Shown here: one piece after another, positions 1-10,051 of the stretch
Numbering within the stretch: position 1 is the first letter of the stretch
Layout: each line of letters opens with the position of its first letter
Origin: an uncultured delta proteobacterium
GTDB lineage: Bacteria; Desulfobacterota; Desulfobacteria; Desulfobacterales; QNYZ01
Length of the DNA: 64,000 nt
Direction: 5' to 3'
Assembly (NCBI GenBank): GCA_963845145.1
Contig: CAWJQU010000003.1
Coordinates: 241,476 to 305,475 of the forward strand
Position numbers and translations under genes: made by a program
Notes under the pieces: generated by a model
What the model was told of the DNA's origin: nothing
Database searches by the model: none
The model's input: only the letters and a program-made list of their open reading frames with translations

Positions 1-987
1 ATCGCCTTTGTCTTTTCATGCATTCTGATTGTTGCCAGCATCGGATCATTGATCGTTCATGGCGGCCCCCGCTACGGGATCGATTTTGCCGGGGGAACAC
101 TGGTCCAGGTCAAATTTAACCAACAGACTGAAACCAATGCCATCAAATCCGGGTTAGCCGCTATTGAAATGGGAAATGCATCCGTTCAATCCTTTGGCAC
201 CTCAGATGACAACGAATATTTGATCCGCACCGACAATCCGGTGGCCACCAATGAGGGTTTTACCGGTAAACTGCAGGCAAGCCTTAAATCCGCAACCGGC
301 GCCGATGTTGAAATCCAACGGGTTGAGATGGTGGGCCCCCAAGTTGGTCGCGACCTGCAACATAAAGCGTTGATGGCCATGTTTTTTGCCCTGCTGTTTA
401 TCACCGTTTACATATCCGGACGGTTTGAGTTAAAATGGCTGTTAAGCGGGGTGGTGGCCGGCACTTTAATGACCGTGGTCTATTTTTTATCTTTGTTTGA
501 GGTCGGCATTGCCGTTTTAATTGTGGCCGCTCTGATCGTCAGCCTGATTGTATTCTGGTTTCTCCAATTAAAATTTGCCATGGGCGCCATTCTGGCTTTA
601 ATCCACGATATCACTATCACGGTAGGGCTTTTTTCCATTTTTAATAAGGAATTCACCCTTCCCATCATTGCAGCCCTATTAACGATCATCGGTTACTCCT
701 TAAACGATACCATCATCGTATTTGATCGAATTCGTGAAAATGCCGGCAAAAACCGTAAATCGATGTTACCCGGCATCATTAATAAAAGCATCAATCAAAC
801 CCTGGGGCGTACGATCCTAACCTCCCTGACCACCCTCTTTGTGGTCGTTACCCTGTTCTTGCTTGGGGGCGGCATCATACACGACTTTGCATTTGCATTG
901 ATTGTCGGGGTCCTCATCGGAACCTATTCATCCATTTTCGTGGCGAGCCCGATCCTGCTGGCATGGCAGGGCCCAAAAAATAAATAA
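1..987 (+). CDS. secF: Protein translocase subunit SecF (5' end outside window)
   Basis: Frame open from base 1; motifs GIDFAGG, VGPQVG, HD, IGYSLNDTIIVFDRIRE, GTYSSIFVASP. Confidence 0.97.
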   Translation: MAFVFSCILIVASIGSLIVHGGPRYGIDFAGGTLVQVKFNQQTETNAIKSGLAAIEMGNASVQSFGTSDDNEYLIRTDNPVATNEGFTGKLQASLKSATGADVEIQRVEMVGPQVGRDLQHKALMAMFFALLFITVYISGRFELKWLLSGVVAGTLMTVVYFLSLFEVGIAVLIVAALIVSLIVFWFLQLKFAMGAILALIHDITITVGLFSIFNKEFTLPIIAALLTIIGYSLNDTIIVFDRIRENAGKNRKSMLPGIINKSINQTLGRTILTSLTTLFVVVTLFLLGGGIIHDFAFALIVGVLIGTYSSIFVASPILLAWQGPKNK

Positions 988-999
988 TCGACCGCCACT

Positions 1000-2133
1000 G
1001 TGGTGTCACCTCCGAAAACAAACATTGACGTATGGGCTGGCTGGATTGCGCTAAAAGCGGTACCGGGAATCGGCGATCGGCTTTACCGACGTTTGATTAA
1101 AAAGTTCCAAACCCCATCGGTCGTGTTTCAAAAGGCGCGCGAGACGCCCAATCAATTACATGAGATCCCCGGTATCTCGGCCGGGCTCATCAGCGCCATT
1201 GCGCGTGGTAAAAAAACCGCAGCTATTATTCGCGAAATTGAGCGCGTTGAAAAGATGGGCTTTCGCCTGGTCACGATGGCCGACCCTGACTACCCACCCA
1301 TGCTGCTTGAAATACCCGACCCGCCCCCTTATCTTTACTTGGCGGGAACGCTTCCCCAAACCATAAAGCAGATCGCCATCGTCGGTTCGCGCAATGCCAC
1401 CACATATGGCATCGAAACAACGCGGAAACTAAGCGCCGATTTAACCGCTCGTGATGCCGTTGTCATTAGTGGTATGGCGCTGGGAATAGACACCGCGGCC
1501 CACGAAGGGGCCCTGATGGACAATGGTAAAACCGTTGCCGTGCTGGGAAGTGGCTTGTTGAAAATATATCCGGCACGAAATCGGGGATTATTTGATCGAA
1601 TTGTTGAAAACGGGGCGGTTATTTCCGAATTCCCCTTGAACGCAGGACCGGAGGCTCACCATTTTCCCAAACGCAATCGCATTATCAGCGGCATGTCCTT
1701 GGGCACTGTTGTGGTGGAAGCCACCCGACGCAGCGGGTCACTCATAACAGCCAGATTGGCCGCCGAACAAAATCGCGATGTGTTTGCGGTACCCGGGAGC
1801 ATTCAGTCCTTCAAAAGCACCGGCACCCACACGCTTATCAAACAGGGTGCCAAGCTGGTTGAGAATGTTCAGGATGTCCTTGAAGAATTTCCCCGGTTTT
1901 TCGACACGACATCGAACCGGTCCCCCCAGGCCAAAGTCCAAATAGATTTAAATCGGGACCAACAGGCAGTCTTTGATGTATTAAGCGCCTATCCCATTCA
2001 TATCGATGACCTGGCCAGACAAACCGGAATGGATGCCGGCCGACTCGCCGGTCTACTGATGCAGATGGAATTATCGGGAGTCGTATCCCAGGCACCAGGA
2101 AAAATGTTTACCCGGCATATGGACTTTTGCTAA
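1000..2133 (+). CDS. dprA: DNA-processing protein DprA
   Basis: IAIVGSR, ISGMALGIDTAAH, FPKRNRIISG, SGSLITA, C-terminal winged helix; directly upstream of topA. Confidence 0.96.
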   Translation: MVSPPKTNIDVWAGWIALKAVPGIGDRLYRRLIKKFQTPSVVFQKARETPNQLHEIPGISAGLISAIARGKKTAAIIREIERVEKMGFRLVTMADPDYPPMLLEIPDPPPYLYLAGTLPQTIKQIAIVGSRNATTYGIETTRKLSADLTARDAVVISGMALGIDTAAHEGALMDNGKTVAVLGSGLLKIYPARNRGLFDRIVENGAVISEFPLNAGPEAHHFPKRNRIISGMSLGTVVVEATRRSGSLITARLAAEQNRDVFAVPGSIQSFKSTGTHTLIKQGAKLVENVQDVLEEFPRFFDTTSNRSPQAKVQIDLNRDQQAVFDVLSAYPIHIDDLARQTGMDAGRLAGLLMQMELSGVVSQAPGKMFTRHMDFC

Positions 2134-2203
2134 TGGCGACTGATATAGCCTTCATGGCTACAGCAATATGGACGCACACATACGAATTCAGTAAGGAGCT
2201 ATT

Positions 2204-4477
2204 TTGTCTAAACCGTTGGTTATAGTGGAATCCCCCACCAAAATCCGAACCATAAAAAAATATTTGGGTAATAAATATAACGTTGCGGCGACCGTGGGCC
2301 ATATTAAAGATCTACCGCCCAAAGAGATCGGGATCGATATCGAGGATGGATTCAAACCCAAATACCGCACAATACCCGGCAAACGGTCAGTGATCACCAA
2401 TCTGCGAAAAGTGGCCGGTGATGCCAAAGATATCTACCTGGCCCCCGACCCCGATCGCGAAGGGGAAGCGATTGCCTGGCATACATCGGAAATACTTAAA
2501 AAGAAAGACCGTCGCTTTCATCGAATCCTTTATCACGAACTGACGAAAGACGGTATCGCCAAGGCCATGAACACACCGTTGGAACTCAACCGGCCTAAAT
2601 ACGAAGCACAGCAGGCCCGCCGCATCCTGGATCGTTTGGTGGGATACCAGATATCGCCCCTATTGTGGCGCAAGGTTAAAGGCGGGTTGAGCGCCGGACG
2701 CGTTCAGTCGGTAGCGGTTCGCATGATCATTAACCGGGAACGGGCCATTCAGGCCTTTGAGACGGAGGAGTATTGGTCCATTACGGCCGATTTGTTAGCC
2801 GATTTACCACCCGCCTTCACAGCCCGGCTGGTTCGGCACAAACAAGATAAGATCAAGATCCAAAACGAAAAATCCGCCACGAGTATCGTCGATGAACTGA
2901 AAACCCAGCCATTTATCGTCGATAATATTCTTAAAAAGACCACCCGCAGAAATCCCCTGCCCCCATTTATTACCAGTAAATTGCAGCAGGAAGCGATCCG
3001 CAAGCTGCGCTTTTCAGCTCGCAAGACCATGATCGTGGCCCAGCAACTTTACGAAGGTATCGAGCTCGGACACGGAGAGCCGGTGGGGCTGATCACCTAC
3101 ATGCGTACCGATTCCATACGAATCTCCGAGGAAGCCGCCAACCAGGCGCTGGAGATGATTCGCAAACGCTTTGGACCTGAATATGCCATGGACAAGCCGC
3201 GCATGTTTAAAAATCGCAAAAAGGCCCAGGATGCCCATGAAGCCATTCGCCCGACATCCGTTGATTATACCCCCGAAAAAGTGGCGAGCCATCTGACCGA
3301 TGACCAGCTCGCTTTGTATACCATGATCTGGAAACGCTTTATCGCCTCACAAATGAAACAGGCGCTGATCGATAAAAATACGGTGGCTATCGGTGCCGGC
3401 GATTATCGCTTCACTGTGACCGGGTCCAGCGTTCGTTTTCAGGGATTTCTGGCATTGTATCAGTCCGTGGATGAGGCCATTAAGCAAGAAAAAGAAAAGG
3501 TCCAACTCCCTGAATTAAAAAAAGGCCAATCCTTGACATTGGAAAAACTCAATCCCAATCAACATTTCACCAAACCACCACCCCGTTTTTCCGAGGCTTC
3601 TCTGGTCAAGGAGTTGGAGGAAAACGGTATCGGTCGTCCCAGCACCTATGCCGCCATTTTATCCACCATTCGAAACAAGGGTTATGTCGATCTGATCAAA
3701 GGCTATTTTCGGCCCAGCGAGTTGGGTTTTATCGTCAACGATCTCATCGTGGATAGTTTTCCCGAGACCTTTGACATCAGTTTCACAGCACGGATGGAAG
3801 AAGACCTGGACCGAATTGAAGCAGCACAAATCGAATTTGAAGAAGTACTTGATCGTTTTTATCAGCAGTTTAAAAAACGTCTTGAAGCGGCAACGGATGG
3901 CATGTGCAGCATGAAAGCCGTGGGGCTACCTATTAACCTTCCCTGCCCGCAATGTAGCGCCGGAAAATTACATATCAAGATGGGCCGCAATGGCCATTTC
4001 CTCGCCTGCGATGCCTACCCGGACTGCAACTACACCCGCAATTACGATCGGGATGAAAAGGGGAAAATCACACCCATCGAGCCCATCGCCGACGAAAAAA
4101 CCGACAAAATCTGCCCCAAGTGCGACAGTGAGATGGTTGCCAAGCAGGGCCGTTTCGGACGATTTCTGGCCTGTAGCGGGTACCCGGACTGCAAGTATAC
4201 CGAATCGCTCAACGGGGGTGGTGCGGATACCGGTGTCGCCTGCCCGGAAAAAAATTGCGACGGCCAGATAATGACCCGCACCTCCCGGCGTGGAAAAATC
4301 TTTTACGGGTGCAGCCGTTATCCCAAATGCAAATTCGCCACCTGGGACAAACCGGTCGCCGAAACCTGCCCCCAATGCCAGGCACCTATCCTGGCCGAAA
4401 AAACCACCAAAAAATACGGGACCCAATTAACCTGTCTGAACAAAGAATGTGGATATAAAAAAGGGATCGAATCGTAA
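2204..4477 (+). CDS. topA: DNA topoisomerase I
   Basis: LVIVESP TOPRIM, DPDREGE, SAGRVQS, ITYMRTDS (catalytic Tyr), GIGRPSTYA, C-terminal zinc ribbons. Confidence 0.98.
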   Translation: MSKPLVIVESPTKIRTIKKYLGNKYNVAATVGHIKDLPPKEIGIDIEDGFKPKYRTIPGKRSVITNLRKVAGDAKDIYLAPDPDREGEAIAWHTSEILKKKDRRFHRILYHELTKDGIAKAMNTPLELNRPKYEAQQARRILDRLVGYQISPLLWRKVKGGLSAGRVQSVAVRMIINRERAIQAFETEEYWSITADLLADLPPAFTARLVRHKQDKIKIQNEKSATSIVDELKTQPFIVDNILKKTTRRNPLPPFITSKLQQEAIRKLRFSARKTMIVAQQLYEGIELGHGEPVGLITYMRTDSIRISEEAANQALEMIRKRFGPEYAMDKPRMFKNRKKAQDAHEAIRPTSVDYTPEKVASHLTDDQLALYTMIWKRFIASQMKQALIDKNTVAIGAGDYRFTVTGSSVRFQGFLALYQSVDEAIKQEKEKVQLPELKKGQSLTLEKLNPNQHFTKPPPRFSEASLVKELEENGIGRPSTYAAILSTIRNKGYVDLIKGYFRPSELGFIVNDLIVDSFPETFDISFTARMEEDLDRIEAAQIEFEEVLDRFYQQFKKRLEAATDGMCSMKAVGLPINLPCPQCSAGKLHIKMGRNGHFLACDAYPDCNYTRNYDRDEKGKITPIEPIADEKTDKICPKCDSEMVAKQGRFGRFLACSGYPDCKYTESLNGGGADTGVACPEKNCDGQIMTRTSRRGKIFYGCSRYPKCKFATWDKPVAETCPQCQAPILAEKTTKKYGTQLTCLNKECGYKKGIES

Positions 4478-4504
4478 TAGGTTTAATTCATTATCACCTG
4501 TTTT

Positions 4505-5329
4505 TCATCTATCCAAAAATTCCAACATATGCTTGGTCACGATTTTAGGTTGTTCCTCGGGCAGAAAATGGCCGCAGTCGGGCACAATCGTCAATTCTGA
4601 ATTGGGTATATCCGTTTTTAGCCTCTGGGCAATACGTATGGGAAAGATGCGGTCCTTATCTCCCCATAATATTAATGTCGGGTGTTGAATCTTCCTTACA
4701 TTTTCTATCGGTTCGATAATTTTTTCCGGCGGTGCCATAATCACTTTCCGATAAACTTTACGGCTATTCCGATTTTCCACCCACGGTTTAAAATATAAAT
4801 CTACCATCTCATCGGTAACCGCGCCTTTTTGGTATACGGCGAAATGTTTTAAACTAAACTTGAACTGGGATCGAAACAGCGACAACCATGCGAAAAAAGG
4901 ATTTTTCAAATATCCCATCAAACTTCGGAAAATAATCGGCCATTTCACAAAGGGCATGGTATCCATGATGACAAACCGACGCGTCATTTCCGGGAACCGA
5001 GAAACAAATCCCAACGCAGCCATTCCACCCAAATCATGTGCCACCAGATCGGCTCGTTCTATTTTTAGGGCATCATAGAATGCCTTTAAAAAAGAGACAA
5101 AAAAGTCGAGATCATACGATTGGTCTAAAGGTTTATCCGTTCTTCCATGACCTGGCAGATCAGGCACAATGACATAAAACCTTTTTGCAAGCTCGGGGAG
5201 ACAGTGGCGCCAGAGATAACAATTGGATGGATACCCGTGGAGTAAAACAACCGGTGGCGCCCCCCGGTCACCGGCAATAAGATAATGTACATTTAACCCG
5301 GTTTGAAGTGTTAGTGTTCGACTTTTCAT
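4505..5329 (-). CDS. Alpha/beta hydrolase (epoxide hydrolase/haloalkane dehalogenase-like)
   Basis: LLHGYP, AHDLGG (Asp nucleophile), CGHFLPEE; GGAGG RBS. Confidence 0.88.
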   Translation of the reverse strand: MKSRTLTLQTGLNVHYLIAGDRGAPPVVLLHGYPSNCYLWRHCLPELAKRFYVIVPDLPGHGRTDKPLDQSYDLDFFVSFLKAFYDALKIERADLVAHDLGGMAALGFVSRFPEMTRRFVIMDTMPFVKWPIIFRSLMGYLKNPFFAWLSLFRSQFKFSLKHFAVYQKGAVTDEMVDLYFKPWVENRNSRKVYRKVIMAPPEKIIEPIENVRKIQHPTLILWGDKDRIFPIRIAQRLKTDIPNSELTIVPDCGHFLPEEQPKIVTKHMLEFLDR

Positions 5330-5344
5330 TCTTTTCCTCCTTCG

Positions 5345-5366
5345 CTGGCTGGACGACCGACCAAAT
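5345..5366. promoter_or_regulatory. Putative TetR operator upstream of the hydrolase
   Basis: CTGGCTGGACGACCGACCAAAT matches 6042-6063 at 19 of 22 positions; imperfect palindrome. Confidence 0.6.
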
Positions 5367-5408
5367 TATTATTAAAAAAAACCGCACGCCCAAGAACATG
5401 CGGTTATT

Positions 5409-6011
5409 CTAGAACGATCCTTTTAACAATCCGGCAATTCCTAGCCGTGTGGCATCCCAAAAAGCCTTGTTTTCTGCCAACGCCGCCTCGGTGGCGAATT
5501 GCAGCCCCATACCATCGATGATGCCGGTAATCAGTGCCGCAAGTCCATCAACGGGCAACGTGGGTGAGATAATTTTCTGTACTTTGGCGCGCATCAACCC
5601 TTTTTGCATCGCTTTTCGAAATCGGCCATATAACGCTTGCAACTCTTCTGCAATGATCGGGCTTTGCCGCCCTATGGCCCAGGATTCGAAAAAAACCTTA
5701 AAAAAATCAGGGTCGTTTTTAATGACGTGCTGGAGCATATTTACCATTTCAGATGACAGTTCATCTGCAGAACGGGCCCGATTTAGAATGTGTTCTATCA
5801 TCTCGATACTCATTTCCATATTCGCCCGAATGACGTGGGCCAGCATCTCATCTTTATTTTTATAATAGTAATGCAAAAGCCCACGACTGATACCCGCCTC
5901 TTTGGCCACCTGGCTGATCGTGGTTCCGGAAAAACCCCTTTCAGCCAGGAGTTTTCGAATCACTGCCAATATTCTCTGTTTTTTTTCATCCAAGGATAGC
6001 TGGGCGTTCAA
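5409..6011 (-). CDS. TetR/AcrR family transcriptional regulator
   Basis: N-terminal HTH GFSGTTISQVAKEAGISRGLLHYYY. Confidence 0.93.
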   Translation of the reverse strand: MNAQLSLDEKKQRILAVIRKLLAERGFSGTTISQVAKEAGISRGLLHYYYKNKDEMLAHVIRANMEMSIEMIEHILNRARSADELSSEMVNMLQHVIKNDPDFFKVFFESWAIGRQSPIIAEELQALYGRFRKAMQKGLMRAKVQKIISPTLPVDGLAALITGIIDGMGLQFATEAALAENKAFWDATRLGIAGLLKGSF

Positions 6012-6041
6012 TGATCACTCCACGAATAGTCCTTTGTCACA

Positions 6042-6089
6042 CTGGTTGGACGACCATCCAAATATAGCTCAATATTTAATCACTGTCAA
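6042..6089 (-). promoter_or_regulatory. Sigma70 promoter of tetR with adjacent putative operator
   Basis: Minus strand TTGACA-17 nt-TATATT (6089-6061) running into TTGGATGGTCGTCCAA palindrome. Confidence 0.7.
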
Positions 6090-6166
6090 TGATAGGGTTA
6101 CAATACCGTATCGCGAATCCCATCCTCAAACGCCCCACCCGATATCACCGTTGGGACATCGTCATT

Positions 6167-6658
6167 TTAAAGCCTAAGCATCAATCTCTGCTCATTCACG
6201 GGCACCCCCCACTCAGTGCCAACACACTCCTCCACCACCTTAAAACCCGCCTTATCATATATATGCCGCGCTGAAAGGAGTCCTTCAAATGTCCAGAGGT
6301 AGATATGGGTATATTTCTTCTTTCGACAGAAATCGACCGCCGATTGAATTAATTTTTGGCCGATTCCCTGTCCGTGCAGTTGGTCAGAAACGATAAACCA
6401 GCGCAGATGCGCCCCCTCTTCTTTGGCATGAATCCCGTCAATAGTGAGCGTTCCCTCAATCCGATCATCTTTCATTACCGTCCAAAACCGATCCCGGCTG
6501 TCATCATATCGGCCAATGAACTCGGCAAGACCGCTGGCGACTTTAGCTTCAAAGTAGGATTCAAAGCCCCAGTTTTCAGCGTAATATTGTCCGTGCAACT
6601 CAACAACTCTCCCAAGGGCACCGGGCATATAACCTTTTAATATCTTTATTTGAGGCAT
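6167..6658 (-). CDS. GNAT family N-acetyltransferase
   Basis: AHLRWFIV...HGQGIGQKL acetyl-CoA motif; LWTF...ARHIYDKAGF. Confidence 0.9.
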   Translation of the reverse strand: MPQIKILKGYMPGALGRVVELHGQYYAENWGFESYFEAKVASGLAEFIGRYDDSRDRFWTVMKDDRIEGTLTIDGIHAKEEGAHLRWFIVSDQLHGQGIGQKLIQSAVDFCRKKKYTHIYLWTFEGLLSARHIYDKAGFKVVEECVGTEWGVPVNEQRLMLRL

Positions 6659-6862
6659 TTAAAGACCTCCCCTTAGGGTCTTGTTATTGAAAAAAAAGTT
6701 TACCATAGACCGTTTGGCTTCGAAAAAAAATAAAAATATATTCTATTAGGTATTACTTACCCCACCCCGACATCGTTGCCAAATGGTCTGGTTGGGCGTA
6801 TAAGGCACGACAATCCGATCCATACTTAAAAAAAATATTCAAAGAAGGAAATAGCCGAATCA

Positions 6863-8056
6863 ATGTCAAGCCCCCCCTCTCCCAATCATCCTGCGAGGAT
6901 AAAAGAAACCGCCAATGGTTTCCAAACTGGCCAGATCCTGGTTCTGTCGACCTGTCATTTTATCCATGACACCTATTCCAGTTTTTTTGCGACCTTATTG
7001 CCCCTATTGATTGAAAAACTATCGCTCACCCTAACCCAGGCCGGATTTTTATCAACGGTTATGCAGATCCCGGCCCTGATCAACCCTCTTTTAGGGACCT
7101 TAGCCGACCGGACCAGCGTGCGGTATTTTATTATTTTGGCCCCTGCCACAACGGCAATCCCCATGAGCCTGTTGGGATTGGCCCCCAGCTATGGCGTGCT
7201 GCTCATTTTACTTTTTATTACCGGTATCAGCGTTGCCGTATTCCATGTCCCCGCTCCGGTAATGGTATCGCGCCTTTCCGGTGATCGCAAAGGTAAGGGG
7301 ATGAGCTTTTTCATGACCGGCGGCGAGCTTGCCCGAGCCGTCGGGCCCATGGTAACCGTGGGTGGCGTTTCACTGTTGGGGTTGGAGGGGTTTTACCCCG
7401 TCATGATAGTGGGAATCGTCGCCTCGATCTGGTTGTTTCTTAAGTTTCGCGACGTACCCATTACCGTTAAATCATCTCAATCTACCGGCTTATTAACGAC
7501 TTTTCATGAAATGCGGCCTATTTTGCTTCCGCTGGCGGCCATTCTGATCGCACGGGGGTTCATGCATGCGTCGTTGACCACCTTTTTGCCTACCTTTATA
7601 AAACTGGAAACGGGAAACCTCTGGTTGGCAGGTGCTGCCCTGACCATTTTTGAATTGTGCGGCGTGGTCGGGGTGATGACATCCGGATCCTTGAGCGATT
7701 CCTTTGGACGGCGACGTATTTTGCTGTTTAGTTTAATCGGTGCCCCGGTAGCCCTGTTTATATTTGCCTGGTTGGGCGGCTGGCTACGTATCGTCGCACT
7801 TCTAGTAACCGGATTCACCCTGCTTTCAACCACACCGGTAATGTTGGCCATGGTGCAGGAACATGCCAAAACCAGTCCCTCTGCTGCCAACGGTATGTTC
7901 ATGCTGATTTCATTTACGGCGCGATCTGCCGTGGTGGTTGTGGTAGGCTTTATCGGTGATCAGATCGGTTTGCAAATGACCTATCTTTTGAGCGCTTTTC
8001 TAGGCCTGGCCGCACTGCCCTTCATATTCATGCTGCCAGGTGCAACCAAAAAGTAA
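6863..8056 (+). CDS. MFS transporter (Fsr-like)
   Basis: About 12 hydrophobic segments; GTLADR and GSLSDSFGRR motif A; HFIHD. Confidence 0.9.
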   Translation: MSSPPSPNHPARIKETANGFQTGQILVLSTCHFIHDTYSSFFATLLPLLIEKLSLTLTQAGFLSTVMQIPALINPLLGTLADRTSVRYFIILAPATTAIPMSLLGLAPSYGVLLILLFITGISVAVFHVPAPVMVSRLSGDRKGKGMSFFMTGGELARAVGPMVTVGGVSLLGLEGFYPVMIVGIVASIWLFLKFRDVPITVKSSQSTGLLTTFHEMRPILLPLAAILIARGFMHASLTTFLPTFIKLETGNLWLAGAALTIFELCGVVGVMTSGSLSDSFGRRRILLFSLIGAPVALFIFAWLGGWLRIVALLVTGFTLLSTTPVMLAMVQEHAKTSPSAANGMFMLISFTARSAVVVVVGFIGDQIGLQMTYLLSAFLGLAALPFIFMLPGATKK

Positions 8057-8948
8057 ATGAAACCGCCGATAACAAGGTCACAAAAGAGATAGCGGCCACT
8101 GCGGCTTCCGGGTCTCCCTGCATTTCCCTGGCCATTACATAGGCAATGGTAGCCGTTGGAGAGGCCAACAAAATCAACGCGGGCATATACACTGGGGCCG
8201 AAATGTGAAACATACGAAACAGCAACAAACCAATCGCTGGGAGAATAGCCAGCTTTATCAGGGCGACCATGGAAACGATCTTTAAATATTTACGAATCAA
8301 ATTGAATGATAAAGTGGCCCCAATGAGCAAAAGGGCAGTCGGCAGGGCCATCCCGCTCAATATTTCCAAGCTTCGCCGTATAACCAAGGGCAATTCAAAT
8401 CCGAACGAGGAAAAAATAATGCCGGCCATGGCCGCAAGAATCACCGGGTTTCCGATAACTTTCACCCATAGCCGGCGGTGGTTTTTTGGCGCATAACCTG
8501 GCTCCGCATGTGCTTGTAAGGCAATAACCGACATCAGATTCTGAAGAATCATTAAAAATCCGGCGGCCACACCGGCACGACTCAATCCGCTGTCACCTAG
8601 GAAATAGTATGCCACTGCCAAACCGATATACCCTAAATTACCATGACCGGCACATTGAATGAAGGTACCCTGCTGGTTAACCGGCATCCTCACGCCCTTG
8701 GCAACCATCCAAGCCGCGACGTAGGCTGTAAAGGCCGCTACGAGCATCAAGGTGATGATCAGAGGGTTAAATTGTCGGCTCAAAGAGGCCTGAGAAATCG
8801 CGTTGAAGATCATGGCGGGAATGGCAATATGGTACACGAGACGATTGGCCGGGCCCAAAAACTCAGGCGGCAGAAACCCTTTTTTCCGGGCCAGCCAGCC
8901 GAGAATGATGACGGTAAATATGGGAATGATTGTGGAGAGAATGCTCAT
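8028..8948 (-). CDS. AEC (auxin efflux carrier) family transporter
   Basis: GNLGYIGL, NPVILA, PTALLLIG, SPTA motifs; hydrophobic throughout. Confidence 0.88.
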   Translation of the reverse strand: MSILSTIIPIFTVIILGWLARKKGFLPPEFLGPANRLVYHIAIPAMIFNAISQASLSRQFNPLIITLMLVAAFTAYVAAWMVAKGVRMPVNQQGTFIQCAGHGNLGYIGLAVAYYFLGDSGLSRAGVAAGFLMILQNLMSVIALQAHAEPGYAPKNHRRLWVKVIGNPVILAAMAGIIFSSFGFELPLVIRRSLEILSGMALPTALLLIGATLSFNLIRKYLKIVSMVALIKLAILPAIGLLLFRMFHISAPVYMPALILLASPTATIAYVMAREMQGDPEAAVAAISFVTLLSAVSFTFWLHLAA

Positions 8949-9174
8949 TGATTGTAAACACCTGTTTGGCAATGATATGGTTTAGAGAAAAATCGAAAAA
9001 ATCTCAATGGATTATTGACCGTTGACAACACTTTGCCCCTTTTTTATATCTCAATTCAGACGGTTTTAAAAAAATGTGAAGACCTTACTTTGATTCAAAT
9101 TCCACCAGTTTTAGATGGACGCTCATTGAATGAAATAAAATCGCATTTACGCTCAGTGACAAAAGGAGGATCCC

Positions 9175-10005
9175 ATGCGCTGGAAACAATTCTTAACCCC
9201 GGTTAAATCCATGAGTACCGATCAGGCCAAGGAATTCATGGACGAAAAATCCATGCAGGATATGACGATTCTGGACGTACGTCAGCCCAACGAGTATGAA
9301 AAAGGGCATATACCCGGCGCCAAATTGATCCCCCTTCCGGAACTTTCGGACCGGTTGGATGAAATCGACCCAAATAAAGATACCCTGATCTACTGAGCGG
9401 TCGGCGGACGCAGCCGGGTCGCTGCCCAAATGCTGGCGGGAAAAGGTTTTAATCGGATCTACAACGTCTCTGGGGGTATCAAAGCGTGGCACTCCGAAGT
9501 GGCCTTTTATTCCGAGGAAAAAGGGCTTGAACTCTTTACCGGCAATGAAACGCCGGAAAAGACCTTGATGGTGGCGTATTCTTTGGAGGAAGGGCTGCGC
9601 GATTTTTATCTAACCATGGCCGGCCAGGTGAATAACCAAAAAGCCCAAAATCTTTTCGAAAAGCTTTCGGCCATTGAAATCAAGCATCAGAACAGAATAT
9701 ATAAAGAGTATACAAAAATTGAGCATGAACCACTGACTCGGGACGCCTTTCATAAGTCCCTGACGACCAAGGCAATGGAGGGCGGTCTGACCACCGAAGA
9801 GTATGCCGCCACCTTCAATATCGACTGGGAGTCGGTGGAAGATATTATCGGCCTGGCGATGTCTATTGAGGCCCAGGCCATGGACCTTTATCAACGCGCC
9901 GCGGATAAAAATAAGGACTTGGAAAGCAAATCCTTTCTAATCCAAATTGCCGATGAAGAACGGTCCCATTTAAATCAACTCGGAAAGTTAATGGAGAACC
10001 TTTGA
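9175..10005 (+). CDS. Predicted selenoprotein: rhodanese domain (Sec at active site) fused to a ferritin/rubrerythrin-like diiron domain, 276 aa
   Basis: ORFs 9175-9396 and 9430-10005 share a frame; TGA at 9394-9396 gives IY-U-AVGGRS at the rhodanese CxxGxRS position; LDVRQPNEYEKGHIPGA upstream, NVSGGIKAW downstream; two E...ExxH motifs follow. Confidence 0.85.
9406..9427 (+). promoter_or_regulatory. Candidate bacterial SECIS hairpin
   Basis: GG-AC-GCAGC-CGGGTC-GCTGC-CC starting 10 nt after the UGA; G-containing apical loop. Confidence 0.65.
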
Positions 10006-10051
10006 TTCTACCACCATACTTCTCCGGCACAATAGGCAAAGGGAGTTATTC

